Source of the DNA: Deltaproteobacteria bacterium
Lineage (GTDB): Bacteria; Desulfobacterota; Syntrophia; Syntrophales; Smithellaceae
NCBI GenBank assembly: GCA_036528635.1
Contig: JAIGNE010000024.1
Coordinates: 133,079 to 197,078 of the forward strand
Direction of reading: 5' to 3'
Length of the DNA stretch: 64,000 nt
Part shown: one piece after another, positions 8,283 to 17,042 of the stretch
How the letters are laid out: every line of letters begins with the position of its first letter
Position numbering within the stretch: position 1 is the first letter of the stretch
Translations under genes and position numbers: made by a program
The notes under the pieces: model-generated
Seen by the model: only the letters and a program-made list of their open reading frames with translations
Databases searched by the model: none
What the model was told of the DNA's origin: nothing

Positions 8283-8660
8283 TTACATCCTTATGGCGAT
8301 GGCTTCTATTTCCAGCGGTGCGCCCTTGGGTAAAGCGGATACTTCCACTGTGGAACGTGCAGGCGGTTCTACGGGGAAAAAACCCGCGTAAACTTCATTC
8401 ACGGCGGCAAAGTCGCTGATGCTTTTTAAAAAAATGGTTGTCTTGACAATGTTATTCAGAGACAAACCGTTTTCTTCGAGCACGCTTTGGAGATTGGTCA
8501 AAATTTGACGCGTCGCCAGCCGGATATCCATGATGACTTCACCCGATTGCGGATCGATGGGCAGCTGCCCGGATATAAAAATAAAACCGCCCCCTTCTAC
8601 AGCCAGGGAATAGGGCCCTGCGACGGGCAGTTTGTTTGAAGTCATAATTTTCTTTTCCAT
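8283..8660 (-). CDS. ridA: RidA/YjgF/UK114 family enamine/imine deaminase
   Basis: 125 aa. It contains PVAGPYSLAVEGGGFIFISGQLPIDP..ARSTVEVSALPKGAPLEIEAIA. A GGGAG Shine-Dalgarno lies upstream. Confidence 0.85.
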   Translation of the reverse strand: MEKKIMTSNKLPVAGPYSLAVEGGGFIFISGQLPIDPQSGEVIMDIRLATRQILTNLQSVLEENGLSLNNIVKTTIFLKSISDFAAVNEVYAGFFPVEPPARSTVEVSALPKGAPLEIEAIAIRM

Positions 8661-8674
8661 AAGGTTCTCCCTGA

Positions 8675-9253
8675 TTATTTCGTGATGACGAAAATGGCGT
8701 TTTGCGCCAGTAAATTAGGCAGAAGGTGGATCCTGCCTTTTCTTCCGAGATAATACCGCTCTTCAATCGTAATGTTTTTCTTTGCGCAGTAGTCGATGAA
8801 ATCGCGGATCGTGAGAAATCGAATATTGGGCGTTTCAAACCAATAGTAGGGCAGCGCTTCATTAATCGGCGTTTTGCCGGAGAAAGCCATGGTTAAACGC
8901 GCGGAAAGGTGGGCGAAGTTGGGAAAGCCGACAATAACCTTCTGTCCAAGACGAAGGGATTCCTGAATGACATAGTCCGCTTTTTTGATTTCCTGCATGA
9001 TTTGATTGAGAATGACGTAGTCAAACGAATGGTCGGGATAATCCACCAGGCCGCTTTCAATGTCTCCCTGCAAAACGGTCAATCCGTTTTCCACGCAGGT
9101 ATGCATCTGCTCTTCATCCAGTTCGATGCCCTGCACCAGCGCATTTTTATGCTGCCGGAGGAGTGAAAGCAGCTCGCCGTTGCCGCAACCCAAATCCAGA
9201 ACATGGGCCCCCTCTTTGACAATATCGACAATAATTTGATGATCCGGTTTCAT
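8675..9253 (-). CDS. metW: methionine biosynthesis protein MetW
   Basis: It has the SAM-methyltransferase-like LDLGCGNGELL plus the MetW signature IVGFPNFAHLSARL..LPYYWFETPNIRFLTIRDF. It sits immediately downstream of metX. Confidence 0.88.
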   Translation of the reverse strand: MKPDHQIIVDIVKEGAHVLDLGCGNGELLSLLRQHKNALVQGIELDEEQMHTCVENGLTVLQGDIESGLVDYPDHSFDYVILNQIMQEIKKADYVIQESLRLGQKVIVGFPNFAHLSARLTMAFSGKTPINEALPYYWFETPNIRFLTIRDFIDYCAKKNITIEERYYLGRKGRIHLLPNLLAQNAIFVITK

Positions 9254-9271
9254 AGCTTCGTTCTTTTCCGT

Positions 9272-10396
9272 TTAGCGCTGGTGAATATTCGCCAGAAAAT
9301 TTTTAATTAATCTTGTTTCGTCTTCGATCTCGATTAAAAAAGCATCATGACCGTATGTTGAGATCAAGTCAAAGTAAGTTGTGTAGGCGTGCTTTCGTTT
9401 GAGCGACCGCACGATATCCTGCGACTGGTAGGAGGGGTAGAGCCAGTCCGATTTGAAAGAGATCACCAGGAAGCGGACACTGGTTTTCTTGACATCCGGA
9501 ATGAAGTGTTCGCCGGAGAGGTCAAAGTAGTCGAGCGCCTTGGTGATATAGAGATAGGAGTTCGCATCGAAGCGCTTGACAAAGTTATAGCCGCGGTACC
9601 GCAGGTAGCCCTCCACCTCGAAGTCGTCCGTAAACTGAAAGCTGAGATTGTCATTTTTAAGTTTGCGGGAAAATTTTTCTTCCATGGACTGATCGCTCAT
9701 GAAGGTGATGTGTCCGATCATGCGCGCCACCGCCAATCCTTTTTCGGGCTGTCCGTGTTCGTAATAGTAGCCTTTTCGCCAGGCCGGGTCCGCCATGATG
9801 GATTGACGGATCACTTCATTAAAGGCGATCTGCTGCGGCGAATGCTTCAGGGCTGTGGCCACCGGTATGGCCGCCAGGACCCGGTCGGGATAGGCTGAAG
9901 CCCATTGCAGCGTCTGCATGCCACCCATCGAACCGCCGATGACGCACAGAAGCTTCTCGATGCCCAGATGATCAATCAGGTGCCGCTGAGCCTCCACCAT
10001 GTCCGCGATGGTGATCATGGGAAAATCCAGCGCGTAGGGCTTTCCGGTTGCGGGATTGACGGACGAGGGTCCGGTGCTGCCTTTACAGCCGCCGATCACA
10101 TTGGAGCAGATCACGAAGAATTGGTGGGTGTCGAGCGCCCTGCCGGGGCCGATTAAACCGTCCCACCAGCCGGGCGTTTGGTCGTCGGGGGAAAGACCGG
10201 CCGCATGCGCGTCGCCGGAAAGCGCGTGGCACACCAGGATGGCGTTTGATTTAGCCGCGTTGAGCTTCCCGTAAGTCTCATAAGCAATCGTCACGGGGCC
10301 GATGCTGCGCCCGGACTTAAGCTTGAGCGGGCGGGGCGGCTCCGCAAAGGTGAAATACTGGGTATGGATAATGCCTAATGTTTCTTTCTTCATCAT
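9272..10396 (-). CDS. metX: homoserine O-acetyltransferase
   Basis: 374 aa alpha/beta hydrolase with NAILVCHALSGDAH, the nucleophile elbow GGSMGGMQ and a C-terminal GHDAFL. Confidence 0.92.
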   Translation of the reverse strand: MMKKETLGIIHTQYFTFAEPPRPLKLKSGRSIGPVTIAYETYGKLNAAKSNAILVCHALSGDAHAAGLSPDDQTPGWWDGLIGPGRALDTHQFFVICSNVIGGCKGSTGPSSVNPATGKPYALDFPMITIADMVEAQRHLIDHLGIEKLLCVIGGSMGGMQTLQWASAYPDRVLAAIPVATALKHSPQQIAFNEVIRQSIMADPAWRKGYYYEHGQPEKGLAVARMIGHITFMSDQSMEEKFSRKLKNDNLSFQFTDDFEVEGYLRYRGYNFVKRFDANSYLYITKALDYFDLSGEHFIPDVKKTSVRFLVISFKSDWLYPSYQSQDIVRSLKRKHAYTTYFDLISTYGHDAFLIEIEDETRLIKNFLANIHQR

Positions 10397-10470
10397 TGAT
10401 TTTTCTCAAATGCCGGGGACGGTCTGGGCCGCTCCCTGCAGAATATGATTGTGGCGGTTGTTCTCAGCGG

Positions 10471-11376
10471 TTAAACAATCTCCAGCATTCTTTCGATGGC
10501 GCTTCTTGCTTTATCCATTGTCTCCCGCGGCACGGTAATTTCGTGGATTCCATCCTGGAGCGACCAGAGAATTTTTTCCAGGTTGATCCTTTTCATGCTG
10601 GGACAGGCCGCTTTGGCGGATGCCGGATAAAAATGCTTGGACGGATTTTCTTTCTGCATCCGGTGGATGATGCCGATTTCCGTTCCGATAATGAATTCCA
10701 TGGCGTCGGTTTCCCGGACATAAAGGCACATTTTCTCCGTTGACGCGACGATGTCGGCCAGCCGGGTCAATTCCGGTGTGCATTCAGGATGGACGATGAC
10801 TTTAGCCTGCGGATGAAGCCCGCGGGCGCGCAGGATATCCTCCGGCAGAATCCGGGCGTGTGTCGGGCAAAAGCCTTCCCAGGTGATGAATGAATGACCG
10901 ACCTGACCCGCGACGTATTGCGCCAGGTATTTATCGGGAACGAAAATGATCTCGTCATGGCTTTTCAGGATATGCTGCACCATTTTTAAAGCATTTCCGG
11001 ATGTGCAGCAGTAATCACAAAGCGCTTTGACATCCGCCGAGGTGTTGACATAGCAAAGGGCCACCGCCCGGGGATGCTGCGTCTTCAGCGCCAGGAGACT
11101 GTCGGCGTCAATCATATCTGCCATTGGGCAGCCGGCTTTCAGGTCCGGCAGCAGGACAGTCTTGTCAGGTGACAAGATCTTAGCCGTTTCGGCCATGAAA
11201 TGAACGCCGCAGAATACAATCACATCCGCGCTGGTTTTAGCGGCCGTTATGCTCAGACCCAGTGAATCACCGACATAGTCGGCAATATCCTGAACCTCCG
11301 GCATCTGATAGTTGTGCGCCAGGATAACCGCATTTTTTTCTTTCTTCAGCGTTTCTATTTCACGTATAATGTCCAT
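10471..11376 (-). CDS. nadA: quinolinate synthase NadA
   Basis: 301 aa with ILAHNYQ..VQDIADYVGDSL, VHFMAETAKIL, CPMA and HPEC motifs. Confidence 0.92.
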   Translation of the reverse strand: MDIIREIETLKKEKNAVILAHNYQMPEVQDIADYVGDSLGLSITAAKTSADVIVFCGVHFMAETAKILSPDKTVLLPDLKAGCPMADMIDADSLLALKTQHPRAVALCYVNTSADVKALCDYCCTSGNALKMVQHILKSHDEIIFVPDKYLAQYVAGQVGHSFITWEGFCPTHARILPEDILRARGLHPQAKVIVHPECTPELTRLADIVASTEKMCLYVRETDAMEFIIGTEIGIIHRMQKENPSKHFYPASAKAACPSMKRINLEKILWSLQDGIHEITVPRETMDKARSAIERMLEIV

Positions 11377-11384
11377 TAATTCAC

Positions 11385-11843
11385 TTAAGATCCTTTTTTG
11401 ATCTGTCTGACTTTGGGCCGGGTAATTCCTTTTTTACCTTCCTGACCGGTGACCAGGCGGGCAAGATTCACGCCGCCCATCGCCTCCCGGATGGTGTGAC
11501 TGAGCTCTGTCCAGGTATCCCTTGCGGTGCAGGCCTCTGCTCTCGGACAGACGTCCGGATTCTTCACGCAGTTGACAAGATCGATTTTTCCTTCCACCGC
11601 TTCCACGATATCGCACAGGGAAATATCCTGCGGTTCTCTGGCCAGCACATAACCTCCGCGCGCGCCACGGATGGATCGAATCAGTCCGGCAGCTCTCAAG
11701 GGGATGACAATCAAACTCAGGTATTTCCCGGAGATGTCTTCGCTGGCAGCGATATCCTTAAGAAAAACGGACTTATCCCGGCCTGCTGCAGCCAGAGCGA
11801 TCATCAGCCTGACGCCGTATCGTGATCGGGTTGATAATTTCAT
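11385..11843 (-). CDS. Rrf2 family transcriptional regulator
   Basis: MKLSTRSRYGVRLMIALA.. is the winged-helix Rrf2 N-terminus. The C-terminal Cys residues (C..C.....C in NCVKNPDVCPRAEAC) are compatible with an Fe-S ligand set. I chose the start at Met22 of the track ORF. Confidence 0.85.
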   Translation of the reverse strand: MKLSTRSRYGVRLMIALAAAGRDKSVFLKDIAASEDISGKYLSLIVIPLRAAGLIRSIRGARGGYVLAREPQDISLCDIVEAVEGKIDLVNCVKNPDVCPRAEACTARDTWTELSHTIREAMGGVNLARLVTGQEGKKGITRPKVRQIKKGS

Positions 11844-12018
11844 AACGAGTTGTTTCCTTAAATACCTTTCGCGCCTGATAGAGCAGTCTTTAAAAATAAA
11901 GCTCAAACACTATTTTATTGCTAGTAATTAAAGCAGAAATCAAAATTTGTCAAGAACAATGCCGGTTGGGCAATTAAGTGATCAGTGGTTGTTCATTAAA
12001 GAATATCCGGATGACCGC

Positions 12019-12573
12019 TTATTGGCTTCGGACAACCTGGCTGATATGCCTGGCAATCTGTATTCCCAGTTGGGAGGACTGATCGGTGGAGGACACAGCC
12101 GGTTGATCGGTAAGAGAAATATTTTTTTCATGGATTGTTTTGCCGGTTGAGGCATCAATTAATCGGACCATCGCCGTCATTTTCGCCAGGCCGGCTTTTG
12201 CTTTGTCGCGGTCGAGCCGCGGCTCACGAACGAATGCGAGGCGGACCTTCACAATAATCGTATCTGCCTCCTGCAGCGAGGATGAAGCGGTTTTTACAAT
12301 CATCGGAATCGAACCGATTCTCAAGAGTTCATGAAAGGCTGTGTTTTCACAGAGGGCGGCAGCGTCGGGATATTTTCTGCTCAAATTTTCATCAGCGAGA
12401 AAATGGTGGATCACTGCCTTGCGATAGATGCTTTCCTTCAAAAGGGCTTCGCGCGGCGTCTGTTCCCGATCCATCGCGACGGTTTTTTTGCCGCCGCCCG
12501 AAACACAAGAAAGCAGGCAGATGCCGATCCATAAGAACAATAAATGGGAAATCACTTTTTGTTTTTTCAACAT
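12019..12573 (-). CDS. hypothetical lipoprotein
   Basis: A signal peptide with a lipobox-like LLSC follows MLKKQKVISHLLFLWIGIC. I recognise no family. The start is uncertain (12594 or 12573). Confidence 0.55.
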   Translation of the reverse strand: MLKKQKVISHLLFLWIGICLLSCVSGGGKKTVAMDREQTPREALLKESIYRKAVIHHFLADENLSRKYPDAAALCENTAFHELLRIGSIPMIVKTASSSLQEADTIIVKVRLAFVREPRLDRDKAKAGLAKMTAMVRLIDASTGKTIHEKNISLTDQPAVSSTDQSSQLGIQIARHISQVVRSQ

Positions 12574-12797
12574 GGTTGCTCTGCATGGAATCATGATTTG
12601 TATTTGCGAAGAACTATAACATTATTTTAAATAAACGAAAGCCAATTTATCCGGTTCGGGCCTGGTCAGTGAATGGTTGTCCGCGATGCACTTCCTCACT
12701 CAAAGCATTCATTCGGCAATGCGTTACGGGCGCGTTATGGGTTGCTTTTCAAATCGTAAATTGTTATCATAACTCAGAATTCAATGGAGAAGGACGA

Positions 12798-13652
12798 TTG
12801 AACGATTTGAAAAAAATGGTCGTACTCTTATTATTATTCCTGTTGATTCTTCCAGCCCATGTTTTGGCCGCCGGAAAACACATGAAACCGCTCGCGGTCA
12901 AAGCGGCGATCCTTGTGGAAATGAATACCGGCCAAGTGCTTTATCGGCAGAATGCCGACCGGATCATCCAACCGGCCTCGCTGTCCAAAATCATGTCGCT
13001 TTATATCATTGCCGAAGACATTGAAAACAAGAAAGCCTTGTACACGGATCTCGTTACCGTCAGTGACAATGCCGCTCGGACGGGCGGGTCCAAGATGCTC
13101 TTTGAACCGGGAGAAAAATTTGAAGTGTTCGATCTGGTGAAGGGGATGGCCATCCATTCCGCCAATGACGCCTCGGTGGCGCTGGCCGAGCATTTTGGCG
13201 GAAGCGAGGACCAGTTTGTCCTGCGGATGAATGCCAAGGCCCGTGAGCTGGGCATGAAGCATACGCGCTTCATCAATCCTCACGGTTTGCCGAATCGAAA
13301 ACAAAAAACAACCGCGTGGGATATCTACATCCTGTCACGGGAATATCTGCGGCGGTTTCCCAATTTGCAAAAAATTCATTCCATCGAGCGTTTCACCTTT
13401 AATGATGTCGTTTGGATCAATCGCAATGATCTTTTAAGCAACTATCCCGGAGCGGACGGCCTGAAGACCGGCTATGTCGGTGCGGCCGGTTTTCATCTGG
13501 TCGCAACCGCCAGGCGGGGCGATGCAAAATTAATGGCTGTGGTTTTAGGAGCTAAAAACCGGCGCATTCGGTCCCGGCAGACCAGGAAGTTGCTGGACTA
13601 TGGATTTGGCTTGACCGGTCAAAGGATGGCCGCCAGTCGAATCGGCGGATAG
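12798..13652 (+). CDS. serine-type D-Ala-D-Ala carboxypeptidase (peptidase S11, PBP5/6-like)
   Basis: The three active-site motifs are present: SxxK (ASLSKIM), SxN (HSANDAS) and KTG (LKTGYV). A signal peptide (KKMVVLLLLFLLILPAHVLA) is present. The start is either TTG 12798 (GGAG upstream) or ATG 12816. The track start at 12669 is unlikely. Confidence 0.88.
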   Translation: MNDLKKMVVLLLLFLLILPAHVLAAGKHMKPLAVKAAILVEMNTGQVLYRQNADRIIQPASLSKIMSLYIIAEDIENKKALYTDLVTVSDNAARTGGSKMLFEPGEKFEVFDLVKGMAIHSANDASVALAEHFGGSEDQFVLRMNAKARELGMKHTRFINPHGLPNRKQKTTAWDIYILSREYLRRFPNLQKIHSIERFTFNDVVWINRNDLLSNYPGADGLKTGYVGAAGFHLVATARRGDAKLMAVVLGAKNRRIRSRQTRKLLDYGFGLTGQRMAASRIGG

Positions 13653-13715
13653 CCGCGGCCGGACCAAACGGTCCCATTCCCTTTTTTCATGAATCGATAT
13701 TCATCCGTTGTCGCT

Positions 13716-14864
13716 TTAAGGCGTCGTCGTTTCGACGGGGCTGCTCAGTTTGTTCACGGTATCAGAAAAAATATAGAGCTTATCACCGGGAACTATCTTT
13801 TTGCCGCCGCCCATCGAATTCCAGATCAAGAGGGCTTTATAGGGGACGTCGAAGCGGGCGGCGATGCCGGTGAGGGTGTCTCCTTTTTTAACGGTGTAAA
13901 TGGAATTGCTCTGCGTGACAAACCATTCCGTGATGAGTTTATCGTAACGTTCGGGAAATCCATTGGCGCATCCTCTGGGAATGTTAATCTGAGAGGTTCC
14001 GGCGGGCAGATGGTAGAGTTTGATCTGCGGATTGAGGTCTTTGATGACTTTAAAATGGGTGTTGGCCGCCTGTGCGATGATATGAAGAGGGATGGGTTGA
14101 ACGGCTTTGATTTCGACCGTATCGAATTCACGGGGTAAATAAAGATCGGCCTTGGACAGGGTATAACCGAATTTGGCCGGGTTGCTCATAATCATCTTGG
14201 CCGCCAGGATTCGGAAGACGTATCTTTGCGTTTCCTGGTTTAAATAAAGCTTGTAATAGCTTCCCGCTTTTTGAACAAGAATTTCAGACTTCAACCCGTC
14301 TTCGCCCATGTTATAGGCGGCGGCGGCAAGTGTCCAGGAACCAAAGAGCGCATAAAGGTCTTTGAGGTATCCGGCTGCGGCCTGTGTTGCCCTGTAGAAA
14401 TTTCTTCTTTCATCGATGTCACTCGTGATTTCCAGCCCGTATTTTGCTCCTGTGCCTTCGATGAACTGCCAGTAACCGACAGCGCCCTTATTGGAAAAAG
14501 CCAGCGGCCTGAGGGAACTTTCCGCAATGGTGATGTATTTCAGATCATCCGGAAGACGATTGGCTTTCAGGGTCCTTTCAATTTCCGGGAAATAACGATT
14601 CGCGCGTTTCAGCCAGAGGATGATATCATCGCTGTTATCCAGGGAAACCAGCAATTCTCTCTCCAGGCGTTCACGGACATCCGGATCATTAAGCGGTACA
14701 GGCTCACCGCAAAAGTTGAGCGGTTCGGTAATTCGGATCGATTCCAGGATGGCCTGCCCGGGGGATGGCGGTGTTTTGGTCTGGGCCAGGGCCAGGGTTG
14801 TAAAGGCCATAACGATCAGGAACACCAAAACGGGGTTATCAAATTTATGAAATACCTGCTTCAA
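13716..14864 (-). CDS. membrane-bound lytic murein transglycosylase (MltD-like) with a C-terminal LysM domain
   Basis: The SLT domain motifs are IAESSLRPLAFSNKGAVGYWQF and AAAAYNMG. The LysM motif is YTVKKGDTLTGIAARFDVPYKALLIWN. An N-terminal signal peptide is present. Confidence 0.85.
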   Translation of the reverse strand: MKQVFHKFDNPVLVFLIVMAFTTLALAQTKTPPSPGQAILESIRITEPLNFCGEPVPLNDPDVRERLERELLVSLDNSDDIILWLKRANRYFPEIERTLKANRLPDDLKYITIAESSLRPLAFSNKGAVGYWQFIEGTGAKYGLEITSDIDERRNFYRATQAAAGYLKDLYALFGSWTLAAAAYNMGEDGLKSEILVQKAGSYYKLYLNQETQRYVFRILAAKMIMSNPAKFGYTLSKADLYLPREFDTVEIKAVQPIPLHIIAQAANTHFKVIKDLNPQIKLYHLPAGTSQINIPRGCANGFPERYDKLITEWFVTQSNSIYTVKKGDTLTGIAARFDVPYKALLIWNSMGGGKKIVPGDKLYIFSDTVNKLSSPVETTTP

Positions 14865-14897
14865 AAAATACCTCCCGCAAACGATAGGATGGTATGC

Positions 14898-15254
14898 TTA
14901 ATTCTTCCGAGATTTGGGGGCCGACGTCGGATTGGAAACGTTATCCTTCAGTTCTTTAAACTCTTTGGCGGCGCCTTCCTTGATTTCCCGTGACTGCTGA
15001 GCCGTGGAGTCTTTTGCTTCTTTTAAGCCTTTGGGAATATCCTCCTTCATGGCTTTGATGTCCCGGACGACGGCGTCTTTGCTTTCCCTGTATATTTTAA
15101 CGGTCTCATCTTTCGCATCTCTGGCTGTCCCGGCGGCAGCGCCGGAGACGGTTTTGACCGCTTGGGGCTTTGTAGCATCGTCGGCGGCATAAGCGCTTAG
15201 GTTGAAACCGAGCAGAAAAAAGACGTAAACAAGACAAAGCAATATTCGTTTCAT
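14898..15254 (-). CDS. secreted Lys/Glu/Ala-rich hypothetical protein
   Basis: 118 aa. A signal peptide (MKRILLCLVYVFFLLGFNLSAYA) is followed by a low-complexity charged sequence. GGAGA lies upstream and a strong promoter lies at 15307-15336. Confidence 0.6.
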   Translation of the reverse strand: MKRILLCLVYVFFLLGFNLSAYAADDATKPQAVKTVSGAAAGTARDAKDETVKIYRESKDAVVRDIKAMKEDIPKGLKEAKDSTAQQSREIKEGAAKEFKELKDNVSNPTSAPKSRKN

Positions 15255-15306
15255 TTTTTTGTCTCCTTAAAGATATCCAGCGAATCATTGATTTTAATTT
15301 GAGCAG

Positions 15307-15336
15307 ATTATAGGCAAAAAGAAAAACAATTGTCAA
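15307..15336 (-). promoter_or_regulatory. sigma-70-type promoter for the 14898-15254 gene
   Basis: On the minus strand it reads TTGACA (15336-15331), an 18-nt spacer, then TATAAT (15312-15307). Confidence 0.5.
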
Positions 15337-15438
15337 TGAAAGGAAATCAAACACCTCGCATCAAGCTACGGAGAATTAACGCTCGTCCCGCAACCGCGGG
15401 ATTAAATTCAACACTTTTGGACCGATCCCGAAGATTCC

Positions 15439-15600
15439 GTCCTGTCTGACTTTGGTGGCTGCGGTTTATTCCGAAGACCGTGAGGCTCTCCCTCAGGCCA
15501 GGATCCGATCGCCGGGGTTAAATCGTTCCGATGTTTACCGCCGTCATGCCGGACATCCGGATTTTATCATGGCAGCTCATCGGTCATCAGGACAACTTTT
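15439..15600 (+). ncRNA. candidate structured RNA of unknown family, about 160 nt
   Basis: A discontinuous 19-bp closing helix is visible. The paired segments are GTCCTG 15439-44 with CAGGAC 15588-93, TGAC 15447-50 with GTCA 15583-86, GGTG 15454-57 with CATC 15578-81, and GCTGC 15458-62 with GCAGC 15572-76. Internal hairpins occur at TGAGG/CCTCA and CCGG-acat-CCGG, and TTTT follows at 15597-15600. The element lies outside both flanking promoters. Strand and ends are uncertain. Confidence 0.3.
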
Positions 15601-15613
15601 GTTCATAATTCCT

Positions 15614-15642
15614 TTGACACGTGAAACCGTTCTTCGTATATT
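15614..15642 (+). promoter_or_regulatory. sigma-70-type promoter for the 15687 gene
   Basis: TTGACA (15614-15619), a 17-nt spacer, then TATATT (15637-15642). This is about 45 nt upstream of the ATG. Confidence 0.5.
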
Positions 15643-15686
15643 GCCATACTGGATATATTTTTTAACGCTGCCTGAAGGAATAACTG

Positions 15687-16178
15687 ATGCTGAAGGACTA
15701 CCAAGAACAACTCCTGAAACTCCTGGAACAACTCGAAATCAGCATGTCGAATCTTTATAAACTCTTTGTTGAAAAATATCCCCAATATAAAGAGTTATGG
15801 ATCTACATGTCACAGCAGGAAATGGAGCACGCCGGCGCGGTGAAGAAGTTAACTCTAATGGCCCAGGACGGTAAACTCTTCTTTGATGAAAAACTGACCA
15901 GGACGTATACCGTGAAAAAAGTCCTGGATACGGTCAAAGAAACCTATGCGCAAGCCGAGTCCAACCAGCTCAGCTTGATAGGCGCGCTGTCCGTCAGCCG
16001 TGATTTTGAACAATCCATTCTGGAAAAAGAGTTTTATAATTACTTTTCTGGAAATGATCCTGATGTCAGGATTCTGCTCCATCGTCTCAAGCAGGAGACC
16101 ATGGAGCATCAATCCAGGGTAAAGGATGCCTGGGAGCAGGAAAGAAAAATTGCCTTAAGACCGCTCCGCAAGATTTAG
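15687..16178 (+). CDS. ferritin-like / rubrerythrin-type four-helix-bundle protein (two ExxH motifs)
   Basis: 163 aa, helical, with EMEH (QQEMEHAG) and ETMEH (QETMEHQS) spaced as in diiron ferritin-like proteins. Confidence 0.5.
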   Translation: MLKDYQEQLLKLLEQLEISMSNLYKLFVEKYPQYKELWIYMSQQEMEHAGAVKKLTLMAQDGKLFFDEKLTRTYTVKKVLDTVKETYAQAESNQLSLIGALSVSRDFEQSILEKEFYNYFSGNDPDVRILLHRLKQETMEHQSRVKDAWEQERKIALRPLRKI

Positions 16179-16281
16179 ACACTGACCATTGCCGAAAAGA
16201 AGCTCATCCGGGTGTCGGAAAAAAGCAATTCCTGCAACATAGGCCGGACCGGTCAGTCTGGTCCAAAAGAATGGAGTGAAC

Positions 16282-16983
16282 ATGCCATCCTCATTGTACA
16301 TCAGCAGTCCGATCAACGCCTTGCTGGAGGGCTTATACCGCAATGACATCACCGTCGGGATGTTGATGGAGAAAGGTGATTTCGGCATCGGCACATTCAA
16401 TAGCCTGGACGGTGAAATGGTGGCGCTCGATGGTTCTTGTTTTTATCTCGATTTTGACGGCAATGCCCGCCCCGCGGCAGACGGGATGCAAAGTCCGTTT
16501 GCCACGATGTGCCGTTTTGAGCCGATGTTGACGGAGGAGGTCGAGGCGCCGCTTTCCCGTGCCGCATTCGCGGAGCGCCTCAAGCACATCCTTCCGTCGG
16601 ATAATATGTTTTACGCGATTCACATGACGGGATCGTTTAAATCGGTCGAGACGCGCTCGGTGCCCCGCACCGAGAATTACCGTCCGCTTTCCGAAGCCAC
16701 CAATTTTCAGAAAAGGCGCCATTTTAAAGACGTCGAAGGGCACCTGGTCGGCTTCTACACGCCGCCTTTTGTCCCGTCGATCAACGTGCCAGGATATCAC
16801 TTTCACTTCATCAACGATTCAATGTCGGCCGGCGGACACCTGTTGAATTGCGAGCCGAACCACCTGGACATCCGGCTGCAGATTTTTTTCAGCATGGAGT
16901 TGAGCCTGCCCAAAACACTGGATTACCTCACGGTTACTTTTGTGCGGGATGCCGAAAAAGATCTGGAAAAAGCCGAGCGATGA
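16282..16983 (+). CDS. alsD: alpha-acetolactate decarboxylase
   Basis: YISSPINALLEGLYRNDITVGMLMEKGDFGIGTFNSLDGEMVALDG and GYHFHFI are typical of AlsD/BudA. I preferred the ATG at 16282 (GGAG 5 nt upstream) over the GTG at 16276. Confidence 0.88.
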   Translation: MPSSLYISSPINALLEGLYRNDITVGMLMEKGDFGIGTFNSLDGEMVALDGSCFYLDFDGNARPAADGMQSPFATMCRFEPMLTEEVEAPLSRAAFAERLKHILPSDNMFYAIHMTGSFKSVETRSVPRTENYRPLSEATNFQKRRHFKDVEGHLVGFYTPPFVPSINVPGYHFHFINDSMSAGGHLLNCEPNHLDIRLQIFFSMELSLPKTLDYLTVTFVRDAEKDLEKAER

Positions 16984-17042
16984 AATCGAATACGGCGGTG
17001 TGCTCAGCCCCGGCAGGAAATCATTTTACTTTGGAATCGACA

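Noticed and set aside
7780-8391. 203-aa plus-strand ORF opposite the MOSC and RidA genes.
   Set aside because: It overlaps two recognisable minus-strand genes and shows no family resemblance.
13660-13690. GGACC-aaac-GGTCC hairpin followed by TTTTTT, between the convergent carboxypeptidase and transglycosylase genes.
   Set aside because: The stem is only 5 bp with 6 nt before the T-run, which is too weak for a confident terminator call.
15452-15760. 102-aa ORF covering the structured intergenic element and running into the 15687 gene.
   Set aside because: It has no Shine-Dalgarno, runs across a strong promoter into another gene's frame, and is Arg/Pro-rich. The region is better explained as non-coding (see finding).
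16282-16983. Acetolactate decarboxylase without an adjacent acetolactate synthase or butanediol dehydrogenase gene, considered as a possible oddity.
   Set aside because: Partner genes can be encoded elsewhere, and nothing in the sequence itself is unusual.
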